Below are positions 37,524 to 49,547 of a stretch of DNA of 64,000 bases, one piece after another; positions within the stretch are counted from its first letter, which is position 1, and every line of letters starts with the position of its first letter. Both the position numbers and the translations under genes were made by a program. The stretch spans positions 285,323 to 349,322 of the forward strand of contig DASPQV010000025.1 of the NCBI GenBank assembly GCA_035624785.1. Direction: 5' to 3'. Source of the stretch: Candidatus Binatia bacterium. GTDB taxonomy: Bacteria > Chloroflexota > Dormibacteria > Aeolococcales > Aeolococcaceae. The notes below the pieces were generated by a model. The model saw only the letters and a program-made list of their open reading frames with translations. It did no database searches and was not told the DNA's origin.

Positions 37524-37726
37524 ATCCCTCGTCTCTTCGGGGGGCAGTGCCGCCCCCCTCGCCGCGGATGGCAAAGCCACACGTGGCTCACCCCCCCAGC
37601 ACGGCGCCGTTCGGCGCCGGGTCGCGCTCGCTCCTGTCAGGGGCTCGCCGCCCCTCGGCCGCCGGGCCCAGCCGGGCTGGCCCCACCCCGCCGGCCAGGG
37701 CTGGCCACATCCATCTGACAGATCGC

Positions 37727-37755
37727 TTGCAAACCTGTAACGGGTCTGATATGGT
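37727..37755 (+). promoter_or_regulatory. Putative sigma-70-type promoter TTGCAA-N17-TATGGT
   Basis: Located in the AT-richer divergent region between the MoxR-like gene and the S33 peptidase gene. Would give a ~140-nt leader to ATG 37905. Confidence 0.3.
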
Positions 37756-37904
37756 CGATCGCGCCGATCGGTTCTGATGAATCAGCCCGATCGCCGGGGA
37801 GGAGAGGCCCCGAGGGGGGATGGGGCCGGCCCGGCGCGGCGCCGAGCCGGCCCTCTAACGTTTTGCCGAGACCCGGCGACCGCCGCAGCGGGATACTTCG
37901 GCGG

Positions 37905-39509
37905 ATGCGCGCCCGCCCTGGACGCCTGAGCACCGCCGGGCTGGCCGCCCTGATCCTCGCCGGCTGCGGACTCGCCTGGCCGATCGCGCCCGGCACATCG
38001 GCCGGCGGCGGGCGGCCCGGCGCTCCCGGCGCTGCACCGGGCACGACGACGCCGGTGGCGGGCCTGGCCACCGCGACGGCCACGGCCTCCCCGCTGGCGG
38101 GGCCGGCCTCCCCCATATCGCATCCGCCCGGCCTCGAGCCGGCGACCTGCGACCCCCAGGCGCCACGCGGCGCCCGCTGCTCGACACTCTGGGTGCCCCT
38201 CGACTACTCCAACCCGAACCGCGGGACGATCCCCACAACGGTGCTGGTCATGCCCGCGCTGGACCGGGCAGAACGGATCGGTTCGCTGCTGGTCAACCCG
38301 GGAGGGCCGGGGGAATCCGGGGTCCAGTTCGTCGAGGAGGCGTACTCGATACTCGAGCCTCTGAACCAGCGGTTCGACATCGTGGGCTTCGATCCCCGCG
38401 GGACCACCGGCTCGGCCGCGGTGTCCTGCGAGACCACCCAGGGATTGGACCATGACCTCGGCGTCGATCCCGACGCGCTGGGCTCTCCGCCCCGCGAGGC
38501 TGACCTGGTCGCCACCAGCCTCGCCTTCGCGGACGCCTGCGAGCTGCACGACGGCTGGCTCCTCCCCTACGTCGGCACCGCCGATGCCGCCCGCGACATG
38601 GACGCGCTGCGGGCCGGGCTCGGAGACGCCAAGCTCGACTACCTCGGCTTCTCCTACGGCACCGCCCTCGGCGCCGAGTACGCCAGCCTGTTCCCCACCC
38701 GCATCCGGGCCATGGTGCTGGACGGCGACCTGGACCCGTCGATCAGCTTCGCCGAGGAGTCGATCCAGCAGGGCGCCAGCTTCGAGGCGAGCTACCAGCG
38801 GTTCATCAGCCAGTGCGCCGCCAAGAGCGGCTGCCCCCTGGGCGCCAACCCCGACGCCGCCGTCAGCTCCCTGCTCACCTCCCTGGCGGCGCAGCCGGTT
38901 CAGCTGCCTGACGGGCGCACGGTGGGCCGGGGGCTCGCCCTCACGGCGCTGGCGGCGGCGATGTACGACCCCACCTCGTGGAGCCTCTTCTACACCGCAT
39001 TCGCCCAGGCGGTGGCCGGGGACGTGACCGCGCTGGTGGCGGCCGCGGACCAGCTCGAGGGCCGCGGGCCCAACGGCTACGACCACAGCATGGAGGCCAA
39101 TGCCGCGATCAACTGCGCCGACCACGCGGTCCCGGAGAGCCTTTCCAGCTACGACCAGATGGCCAGCTCCATCGAGGCGGCACAGCCGCGCTTCGGACAG
39201 AGCGAGGTCTACTCCCTGCTCACCTGCGCGTACTGGCCGGTCCGGGGGGCGCAGCCGGCTCCGCTCCACGTCACCAGCGCACCGCACATCCTGCTGGTGG
39301 GGGCGACCCACGACCCGGCCACACCCTACGCGTGGTCGCAGAGCCTGGAGAAGCAGCTGAGCGGCTCGGTCCTGCTCACCCGGGACGGCTACGGCCACAC
39401 CTCATACCTCTTCAGCGCCTGCGTTCGCTCGGCGGTCAACGCCTACCTCACCGGCCTCACCCTGCCGGCCGCTGGCACCGTCTGCCCGACCGATTCACCG
39501 GCGGCCTAA
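37905..39509 (+). CDS. Secreted alpha/beta-hydrolase lipoprotein, S33-family tripeptidyl aminopeptidase-like
   Basis: Lipoprotein signal 'LAALILAGC', nucleophile elbow 'GFSYGT', 'HDPATPY' and a Cys-rich cap typical of Streptomyces Tap-like S33 peptidases. Confidence 0.8.
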   Translation: MRARPGRLSTAGLAALILAGCGLAWPIAPGTSAGGGRPGAPGAAPGTTTPVAGLATATATASPLAGPASPISHPPGLEPATCDPQAPRGARCSTLWVPLDYSNPNRGTIPTTVLVMPALDRAERIGSLLVNPGGPGESGVQFVEEAYSILEPLNQRFDIVGFDPRGTTGSAAVSCETTQGLDHDLGVDPDALGSPPREADLVATSLAFADACELHDGWLLPYVGTADAARDMDALRAGLGDAKLDYLGFSYGTALGAEYASLFPTRIRAMVLDGDLDPSISFAEESIQQGASFEASYQRFISQCAAKSGCPLGANPDAAVSSLLTSLAAQPVQLPDGRTVGRGLALTALAAAMYDPTSWSLFYTAFAQAVAGDVTALVAAADQLEGRGPNGYDHSMEANAAINCADHAVPESLSSYDQMASSIEAAQPRFGQSEVYSLLTCAYWPVRGAQPAPLHVTSAPHILLVGATHDPATPYAWSQSLEKQLSGSVLLTRDGYGHTSYLFSACVRSAVNAYLTGLTLPAAGTVCPTDSPAA

Positions 39510-39770
39510 TGCCCCGGGCCAGGGCAGAGCGGGCAGAGGCCAGCTCGGGGGAAGGGGCCTGCCCGCGCCTGGACCGACCCGAACCCGAAGCCGACATGCG
39601 CATCTTCGTCGCCCCCGACCGCCGCAGCGACGGCGGCGGACCGCGACGCCGCCTCACCGACTGGGTGCCCGGCGCCGTCCCCGGTCCGGCGCCACCTCAC
39701 GAGCGGCGCGGTGCCGTGGTGGTGCCCATGGTCGCCGAGACGGGCGGCCAGGAGCGCGACGCGAGGGCAA

Positions 39771-39794
39771 GTTAGAGTCGATTTTGTCTCTAAC
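39771..39794. promoter_or_regulatory. AT-rich inverted repeat GTTAGAG-N10-CTCTAAC (candidate operator)
   Basis: Perfect 7-bp arms, 23-46 nt upstream of ATG 39817, overlapping a TAGAGT -10-like hexamer. Confidence 0.3.
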
Positions 39795-39816
39795 ACGGGC
39801 TGCCGCCGAAGTGGCC

Positions 39817-41247
39817 ATGGCGCCTCTTCTATCCCCGGCGGCGGCTTGGCCGGCCGGCCCCGTGCTCGGGGCCTCTGCCCGTATGCTCGGAGCCGTGACC
39901 GCGCTCTCCTGGGCCGGCTTCGCGGTCGGCATCGCCATCCTGGTGCTGACCGCCTCCAGCGTCCTGGGCACGCTGGTGGTCCCCCGGGCGACCGCGCCGC
40001 GGCTGACCGTGCTGATCACCCGGGTGGTGCACGGCGCCTTCCAGCTGATCACCGACCGGATCGACGACTACCGGCAGCGGGACCGGCTCGCGGCCCTCGG
40101 CGGCCCCGCCCTGCTTGCGATCCTGCTGCTCGCCTGGGTGGCGCTGACCTACGCCAGCTACGCCCTCCTCTTCTGGCCTTTCACCGGCAACTTCGTGCCG
40201 GCGCTGGTGATCACCGGCTCCTCGATGTTCACCCTGGGCTTCGCCGCGCCGCTGGGGGCGGTCCCGACCGCGCTCACCTTCCTCTGCGCCATGAGCGGGC
40301 TGGTGATCGTGGCCCTGCAGATCGCCTACCTGCCAACGCTGTACGCGGCCTTCAACCGCCGGGAGACCCTGGTCACCATGCTGGAGTTCCTGGGTGGCGT
40401 CCCGGCGTGGGGGCCCGAGGTCCTGATCCGCCAGGAGCTGATCGACAACACCGAGCGGCTGGGCTGGCTCTACGAGCGCTGGACCGAGTGGGCGGCGGAC
40501 GTGTCGGAGTCCCACACCACCTACCCCCAGCTCCTCTACTTCCGCTCCCCGAACCCCTTCCGCTCCTGGGTCATCGGGCTGCTCGCGGTCATGGACGCCG
40601 CCGCGCTCCACCTCAGCCTCTCCCCGATCTCGGCGCCGGCGTCGGCCCGGCCGATGCTGCGGATGGGTTACACGGCCCTCTGGCAGCTGGCGGCCGCGGT
40701 GAGGATACGGGTGGACACCGACCCCGACCCGGCGGACCCCATCCAGCTCACCCGCTCCGACTACGACGACGCGGTGGAAAGGCTCCGCGATGTCGGATGG
40801 AGGATCGAGCGCGACCCGGAGGACGCCTGGCCCCACTTCCGCGGCTGGAGGGTGAACTACGAGGCCGCCGCCTACGGCCTCGCCCTCTATCTCGACGCCC
40901 CGCCCGCCCTCTGGTCCGGGCCGCGCCGGGGCGGCCGCGACGAGATCATCCGTCCGGCCCGGCCGGCCCACCGGGTTCCGCTGGTCGACGAGCGAGCCAA
41001 GCTCATCAAGGTCCGGGACAAGCGCCGGGCGGCTCGTGCGGCCGCTGAGGAGGCCGCCAACGACCACCAGCACCCGGAGCGAAGCGAGGTCGAGGAGCAG
41101 GTCCGAGGCCGGCCGGCGAGGGTGGGGAGCTCCCGGAGAGCGGCGCCAACCGGTCGGGGGGATGCCCCGCGCCGCGGCGGCACCCCTGAGGCGGTCGGAG
41201 AGGGCGGCGTCGAGGCGGCCAGGGCAACCGAGCCGCCCCGGAGTTAG
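39817..41247 (+). CDS. Hypothetical polytopic membrane protein with charged C-terminal tail
   Basis: About six TM helices in the first 200 aa, then a soluble region and an Arg/Glu/Ala-rich tail. High GC3. ATG 39817 chosen over the TTG at 39784. Confidence 0.55.
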   Translation: MAPLLSPAAAWPAGPVLGASARMLGAVTALSWAGFAVGIAILVLTASSVLGTLVVPRATAPRLTVLITRVVHGAFQLITDRIDDYRQRDRLAALGGPALLAILLLAWVALTYASYALLFWPFTGNFVPALVITGSSMFTLGFAAPLGAVPTALTFLCAMSGLVIVALQIAYLPTLYAAFNRRETLVTMLEFLGGVPAWGPEVLIRQELIDNTERLGWLYERWTEWAADVSESHTTYPQLLYFRSPNPFRSWVIGLLAVMDAAALHLSLSPISAPASARPMLRMGYTALWQLAAAVRIRVDTDPDPADPIQLTRSDYDDAVERLRDVGWRIERDPEDAWPHFRGWRVNYEAAAYGLALYLDAPPALWSGPRRGGRDEIIRPARPAHRVPLVDERAKLIKVRDKRRAARAAAEEAANDHQHPERSEVEEQVRGRPARVGSSRRAAPTGRGDAPRRGGTPEAVGEGGVEAARATEPPRS

Positions 41248-41999
41248 CGCAGGGCGGCGAGCACCCGGTCGTCGAGGTGCTGCCAGAGGGCGCCCACCTC
41301 GCGGAACCCAGCCTCCCTCAGCGCCGCCTCGTGGATCATCAGGCTGGGGGCCTGGCCGTGCATCTGGGGGTGGCCGTGGTCCCGGCGGGCCCGCTCGGCG
41401 AGCGCGGCGGCGAACCCCGGCTCTCTCTCGACCGCCCGCCACCAGCCTTTCCAGGTGCCGGGGTCGGCCGGGTCGTCCATCACCTCCGGCTCGAGGCGGT
41501 GGCGAACCACGCTGGCCAGGTCGTCCAGCTCCGACCCGCCAGCGAGCCGGTCGCCGTTCAGGAAGATCCCGCCTGGACGGAGCATCGCGGCCAGGCTGCG
41601 GTACAGCTGGCGGAGCGGCTCCGGGCGCAGCCAGTGGAGGGCCGTCGTGGACACCGCGGCGTCGAAATCGCTGCCCAGCTGGATGAGGTCGGGATCGCCC
41701 AGGTCGGCGTCGACGAAGCGGATCCGGCCCTCGCCGGCCAGCGCCCGCCGGCCCAGCTCGAGGAGCAGCGGGTCGCGGTCGATCGCCAGCACCCGCGCGG
41801 CGGGGATGGCCTCCACCAGCCGGAGGGAGAGGGATCCCGGGCCCGCACCGAGGTCGAGCACCCGAGGGTCAGCCCCGCAGTGGCTGCGCACCGCCTGGAC
41901 GATGACCAGGAAGCGCTCCTCGCGGCGCGGATTGTGACGGCCCTGCTGGGCTTCCCAGCTGGCGAGCCAGGCCTTCCAGTCGATCGCGGCGGTGGTCAC
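41244..41999 (-). CDS. Class I SAM-dependent methyltransferase
   Basis: Motif I 'VLDLGAGPGSLSL' and post-I 'AIDRDP'. Confidence 0.75.
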   Translation of the reverse strand: MTTAAIDWKAWLASWEAQQGRHNPRREERFLVIVQAVRSHCGADPRVLDLGAGPGSLSLRLVEAIPAARVLAIDRDPLLLELGRRALAGEGRIRFVDADLGDPDLIQLGSDFDAAVSTTALHWLRPEPLRQLYRSLAAMLRPGGIFLNGDRLAGGSELDDLASVVRHRLEPEVMDDPADPGTWKGWWRAVEREPGFAAALAERARRDHGHPQMHGQAPSLMIHEAALREAGFREVGALWQHLDDRVLAALR

Positions 42000-42009
42000 G
42001 GTCTGGAAA

Positions 42010-42759
42010 TCATTCCGGACCCGAGGCCTGCCTCACAACCCCGCGGCTGGGGATCGCACTCTCGGGCTGGCGCGATGTGCTTCGGCTCGCATCCCCCGGG
42101 GCGGGATCCGTGGGCGGCAGCCACACGGAGAGGAGCTCGCGCAGTCCGGTGCGGCAGCGGGCCGCTCCGCCGTGGGAGGGATGGCGGATCACCGGAACCT
42201 CGCCGAGGACGCCGGCCGCAACCCTGCCGATGGCGGCGACGTGGCGCGGCCGGACGATGTCGAGCAGAGCGAACAGGAAGCGCGAGCCCTCGACCGCCTC
42301 GGCGTGGGTGGGCCGGCGGTTGGAGTGCGGCGTGGGGCCGGCGGGATGGCTGGGCACGACGTTGAACAGCAGCACCCTCCCGTTCCACCCACCCTCCCGG
42401 AGGACCCCTTGGACCACCGCCGCGGACGGCTCTGCCCAGCCTCTCGGGTGGTTGGAGCTGCGCTGGTAGCCGTCCGGGTCCTCCGGCGAGGCCGCGAACT
42501 GCCGCTCGGAGAGCAGGCAGAGCCCCGAGTACCGCGCCCCGCGCCAACCCGCCGCCTCGGCGGCGACGAGGACGGGCGCCCGCTGGCGCTGGGCGAGGTA
42601 GCGGAGCAGGTTCTGGCGCCTGATCGCGGGCGCCTCACGGCTCACGTCGTCGCCTCCGGTTTCCCGGTACTGGTTGAAGGTGTCTCCGATGCGGGCGGCG
42701 GCGAGCCCCTCGAGCAGCCGCACCATCCGGAGCCAGCGATCGGACGAGGCGCTCGGCAT
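42010..42759 (-). CDS. Uracil-DNA glycosylase superfamily protein (divergent motif A)
   Basis: 'VAAEAAGWRGARYSG' in place of the GE[AG]PG motif, and 'VIRHPSH' matching the family 4/5 HPS motif B. Length ~250 aa. Confidence 0.55.
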   Translation of the reverse strand: MPSASSDRWLRMVRLLEGLAAARIGDTFNQYRETGGDDVSREAPAIRRQNLLRYLAQRQRAPVLVAAEAAGWRGARYSGLCLLSERQFAASPEDPDGYQRSSNHPRGWAEPSAAVVQGVLREGGWNGRVLLFNVVPSHPAGPTPHSNRRPTHAEAVEGSRFLFALLDIVRPRHVAAIGRVAAGVLGEVPVIRHPSHGGAARCRTGLRELLSVWLPPTDPAPGDASRSTSRQPESAIPSRGVVRQASGPE

Positions 42760-42867
42760 GCCCGTATCGTGGGTCGCGCCCTGCCGCCGGCGACTCCATG
42801 CTGAGGCGTGCCGTCAAGGCTCCATGAACGCCGACAATCCAGGCCCGCTCCCGACTACTCTGCTGCC

Positions 42868-43326
42868 ATGCCGCGCCGGGCCGCGTTCCCCCAGGTGGAG
42901 CGCCCCATCGAGCCAGCGACCTCCTCAAGTCGCCGGACCCGATGGGTGGTCGGACTGGCGATCGCGGCGGTGCTCATCGTCGAGACTCTGGTCATCGTCA
43001 TGGTCCAGCCGTGGCCCGGGCCGTCCAGGGAGTCAGGGATGACGGCCACGCTGGTGGTTGCCGGGGGTCCCCCCGGTGCCTTGTTCGATGCGACCGTCAC
43101 CCTGGTCGTGGCCACCCCCAATCCGGAGACCGTTATCACCACCCGCACCGTGACGGCCTCAGCCGGCGGGACGATCGTGAGCGTGCCTCTGCAGCCCGGC
43201 CTCTACCAGGTGGAGCTGTGGATGGGCGATCCCAACGCGCCGGGCAACACCCCCTGCGAGAGCCAGTCGGTCCAGGTCCCGGACGGGAAGCTCCTCCCCC
43301 TGACCCTGAGCTGCGAGGTCCCCTGA
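42868..43326 (+). CDS. Hypothetical membrane-anchored or secreted protein
   Basis: N-terminal hydrophobic segment 'WVVGLAIAAVLIVETLVIVMV' followed by a beta-rich domain with Cys at both ends. Confidence 0.45.
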   Translation: MPRRAAFPQVERPIEPATSSSRRTRWVVGLAIAAVLIVETLVIVMVQPWPGPSRESGMTATLVVAGGPPGALFDATVTLVVATPNPETVITTRTVTASAGGTIVSVPLQPGLYQVELWMGDPNAPGNTPCESQSVQVPDGKLLPLTLSCEVP

Positions 43327-43330
43327 CAGC

Positions 43331-45097
43331 TCAGCCGGCCACCGCCGGAACCGTGGCGAGGACCTCGGCGGCGGGCTCGGCCGCGGCCGCAGCACCCCGC
43401 GCCGGGCGCAGATCCCGGAGCCGGGCGCGCACCCGCAGCTGCCCCTGCCAGGCATCCAGCCCCAGCCCGAAGCAGATGTCGATCCGGCGGCCGCGTGGCA
43501 GGTGGCCGGCCAGGCCGGGCTTGTTGAAGGCGATGGCCTCGACGATGCCGCCGCCCCCGTCCCGCAACGCCACCCTGAGGTGCTGGCCGTCACCGCCGAA
43601 GGGCTGGGCGGAGAGCACCTCGCAGTCCCGCAGCACCAGGAGAGGCTGAGGGTTGCCGACCCCGCAGGGCTCGATGGCCTCGAGCTGGCGGCACAGCTCC
43701 GGGGTCGCATCGGCACCGCGGATCTCACCGTCGACCCGGAACACCCGCTCCCTGGGCCGCCCGCCGAGCTGCTCGGCGCACGCCTCGGAGACCTGATCCC
43801 GGAAGCGCTCCAGGTCGTCCGCTCTGAGGCTGAATCCGGCCGCCGCGGCGTGGCCGCCATACCGGAGGAGGGTTCCGGCGGCGCGGTCGAGGGCACGCAC
43901 GATGTGCACCCCGGCGACCGAGCGCCCGGACCCCTTGGCCTCCCGCGGGTCGAGGCAGACCACAAAGGCGGGGACCGCATACCGCTCCATCAGCCGGCCG
44001 GCGACCAGCCCCACGATGCCCATCAGCCAGCCGGGGTCGCCGAGCACGATCGCCGGCGCATCATCACGAATGTCGGCGACCCGGCTCTCGGCCTCCTCGA
44101 GCGCCGTCGCCACCGCGTCCTGGCGGCTGCGGTTCTGCTCGTCGAGCCAGCGCGCCAGCTCCCGGGCCCGCTCCTGATCGTCGGTGAGACAGAGCTCCAG
44201 GGCGAGCCGGGCATCCTCCATGCGACCGGCCGCATTGATCCTCGGGGCGATGCCGAAGGCGATGTCCGAGGCCGCCAGGGGAGCGTCCAGGCCGGCCTGC
44301 TGCGCCAGCGCACTCAAGCCCGGGGATGCCAGGATCGTGCCCAGCCCGCGGTGGACGATGGTCCGGTTCTCCCCGGTGAGCGGCATCATGTCGGCGATGG
44401 TGCCCAGGGCGGCGAGCCCGATTGCGGCCTCGGCCTGGCCCGCAGGCACGATGCCCTCGGCCTCCAGCGCGCAGAGCAGCTTCCAGGCCACCCCGGCGCC
44501 GGCCAGGCCGTCGAAGCCGTAGCCGTCGCCGGGCTGCTTGGGGTTGATGAGGGCGTCGGCGGGGGCGAGCCGGGCGGGGCTGCCGTCCGGCGCCAGGGGC
44601 AGGTGGTGGTCGGTGACGATCAGGGCCATCCCCTGGGGCCGGCCCGCCGCAACCTCCTCCGAGCTGGTGCCACAGTCCACGGTGACCACGCAGCGCACGC
44701 CCCGGCCGGCAAGCTCCTCGAGGGCGGCCGCGTGGAGCCCGTAGCCCTCGGTCATGCGGTTCGGGATGTACGGAACCACGTCTGCCCCGCCTGCCCTGAG
44801 GGCCCGGGTGAGCATGGCGCAGGCGGTCACCCCGTCGGCGTCGTAGTCCCCATAGACGGCGATCCGGTGGCCCTCGCCGACCGCCACCCCCAGGGTGACC
44901 ACGGCGTCGGCCATCCCCTCGAGGCCAAAGGGATCGAGGAGCTCGATCCCGCCGCGGAGAAAGTCCGACGCCGCCTCCATGTCCAGTCCCCGGCCAGCCA
45001 GGAGCCGGCCGAGGATCGGCGGCTGCCCGTCGAGGGGCACCGCGTCGCAGATCTCCCAACGCCGGGGAGCGGGTTTCACGGAGCCTCCGTGGCGCAC
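43331..45097 (-). CDS. recJ: Single-stranded-DNA-specific exonuclease RecJ
   Basis: DHH motifs 'IAVYGDYDADGVT' and 'LIVTDHH', DHHA1 'GGHAAAAGFSL' and a C-terminal OB-like region. Confidence 0.9.
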   Translation of the reverse strand: MRHGGSVKPAPRRWEICDAVPLDGQPPILGRLLAGRGLDMEAASDFLRGGIELLDPFGLEGMADAVVTLGVAVGEGHRIAVYGDYDADGVTACAMLTRALRAGGADVVPYIPNRMTEGYGLHAAALEELAGRGVRCVVTVDCGTSSEEVAAGRPQGMALIVTDHHLPLAPDGSPARLAPADALINPKQPGDGYGFDGLAGAGVAWKLLCALEAEGIVPAGQAEAAIGLAALGTIADMMPLTGENRTIVHRGLGTILASPGLSALAQQAGLDAPLAASDIAFGIAPRINAAGRMEDARLALELCLTDDQERARELARWLDEQNRSRQDAVATALEEAESRVADIRDDAPAIVLGDPGWLMGIVGLVAGRLMERYAVPAFVVCLDPREAKGSGRSVAGVHIVRALDRAAGTLLRYGGHAAAAGFSLRADDLERFRDQVSEACAEQLGGRPRERVFRVDGEIRGADATPELCRQLEAIEPCGVGNPQPLLVLRDCEVLSAQPFGGDGQHLRVALRDGGGGIVEAIAFNKPGLAGHLPRGRRIDICFGLGLDAWQGQLRVRARLRDLRPARGAAAAAEPAAEVLATVPAVAG

Positions 45098-45533
45098 GGA
45101 TGTTCGAGATTGCCAGGGAGTCTAGCCCGCAGCCGGGAGCTGTGGCAAGGGCTGCACCTTGACGCTGTGAGTGTTCCGAGAACACGTCCTCGCTAGGAGT
45201 TCTGTGACTTTGTCCTCCCATGGAGGATTCGGTCACTTTGAACCAACCCGAGCAGCAGCGCCTTCGACCCGATCGCCCACCACCGGGGACCTCCCTTCTC
45301 AGCGGGGGTGCCTTTGGGCCAATCGTGGCCTAAACCGGGTCTAGCAGAATACAGGGCCCACCGGTGCCAACCCAGAGCCCGACCCCAGCCCAGGTATCCA
45401 TCCGGCTTCCCACGGCGCACCGCCCGTCCGCCCGACCCGGCCGGCACCCGAGGTCGAAGGTCGAAGAATGGGCGCCTCCAGGCTGGCAGAGCCGTTCGGC
45501 CCTGGTCGCCGTCTGCGGCAGCGGCTGACCGCC

Positions 45534-46289
45534 TCAGGCGGACGCTCTGCCCGTCCTGGAGCGCCCCCCTGCGCGATCCACGAAAGTCGTGAAGAGGGCG
45601 CGCGCCCAGGCGTGCTCGGCGGTCAGCTCCTCGGGGTGGCACTGCACGGTCACGATCAGCCCGTCCGCTGACTCCAGGCCCTCGACCACCCCATCGGGGG
45701 CGCGGGCGTTTACCCGGAGCCCGGGGGCCACCGCCTTCACCGCCTGGTGATGGAGGCTGTTGACCATCAGGGGTCCCGGTCCCGTGACGCGGGCCAGCTT
45801 CGAGCCGGGCTCCACCGCCACCGGATGAGCCAGGGAGTTGCGGGGGCGGTCGTGGAGGTCGTGGCCGTCCACGTGCTGGTGCAGGGTCCCGCCGAGGGCG
45901 ACGTTGACCATCTGCTGGCCGCGGCAGATTCCGAACACCGGCACGCCGACCCTTGCGGCGGACCGCGTCAGCGCGATCTCGATGCGGTCGAGGGCCGGAT
46001 CGATTTGGTCGCCGACACTACCGGGGGCCTCCCCGTACACCTGGGGCTCGATGTCCCAGCCGCCCGGCAGGAGAAGGGCCTCCAGCTCCCGCAGGAGCCG
46101 GAAACGAGCTTGCTCGCCGGTGCCCGAGCCGGGCGGGAGCTGGAGGTGAGCCTGCTCGCCGATGTCGGAACCCGGCGGCGTCAGGCGCACGACCGTCGCC
46201 CCCGCGGCCTCCAGCGCCCTCAGGTACGGGTCGGTGTAGTCGGGCGGTCTCAGCCCGCTGCAGGTGATGCCGATCCGTGGCCCGGGCAT
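45534..46289 (-). CDS. Class I glutamine-amidotransferase-like hydrolase (peptidase C26, gamma-glutamyl-GABA hydrolase family)
   Basis: 'LLLPGGWDIEP', the nucleophile elbow 'GICRGQQ' and a C-terminal 'HHQ' His. Confidence 0.75.
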   Translation of the reverse strand: MPGPRIGITCSGLRPPDYTDPYLRALEAAGATVVRLTPPGSDIGEQAHLQLPPGSGTGEQARFRLLRELEALLLPGGWDIEPQVYGEAPGSVGDQIDPALDRIEIALTRSAARVGVPVFGICRGQQMVNVALGGTLHQHVDGHDLHDRPRNSLAHPVAVEPGSKLARVTGPGPLMVNSLHHQAVKAVAPGLRVNARAPDGVVEGLESADGLIVTVQCHPEELTAEHAWARALFTTFVDRAGGRSRTGRASA

Positions 46290-46356
46290 CAGGAAACCTC
46301 AGCAGTCCTGGCGCGCTGCGACCGAGAGGCCGAGCCGTCGCAGCGCCACCAGGCTC

Positions 46357-49197
<2,841 letters not shown>

Positions 49198-49321
49198 GGC
49201 CTGCTCACCTCCCAACCCTGATGACGTTCTCCATGGTGCGACTCGCGGCCGACACGCCGCACCCGCCTTGGGTGGCTCGGCTCGCCGGTGGTCCGCGGCT
49301 CCCGCCCCGGCCGGCTGTATT

Positions 49322-49340
49322 TAGATAGTCTAACTATCTA
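49322..49340. promoter_or_regulatory. AT-rich 19-bp palindrome TAGATAGT-cta-ACTATCTA
   Basis: Perfect 8-bp arms, 125-143 bp upstream of the acnA start, in an otherwise GC-rich intergenic region. Confidence 0.3.
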
Positions 49341-49547
49341 TCGGGGCGGTGTCCAGAGCCGGCGGGGCTGTCCCCGGGATCCCCGGCGCGACCCCCTTTC
49401 GCAGCCGGGTTGCCAGCTGGTTCGATGGGAGCGCGGCCCGAGCTCGTCAGACGCCGTGAGCTCGGGGCGACCATCATGTCCGCCGGAGTGGTTGTGGACT
49501 TTGTTGGCAAGAACAGGGAGCCGCGGAAAGTGCGATCCCGCCCCGCG

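Noticed and set aside
45171-45185. LexA/SOS box upstream of recJ
   Set aside because: The motif is GTTC-N3-GAAC, the reverse arrangement of the actinobacterial TCGAAC-N4-GTTCGA box.
49322-49340. IdeR/DtxR iron box upstream of acnA
   Set aside because: Only a loose central resemblance. At most about 5 of 9 half-site positions match the TTAGGTTAGGCTAACCTAA consensus. Kept only as an unassigned palindrome.
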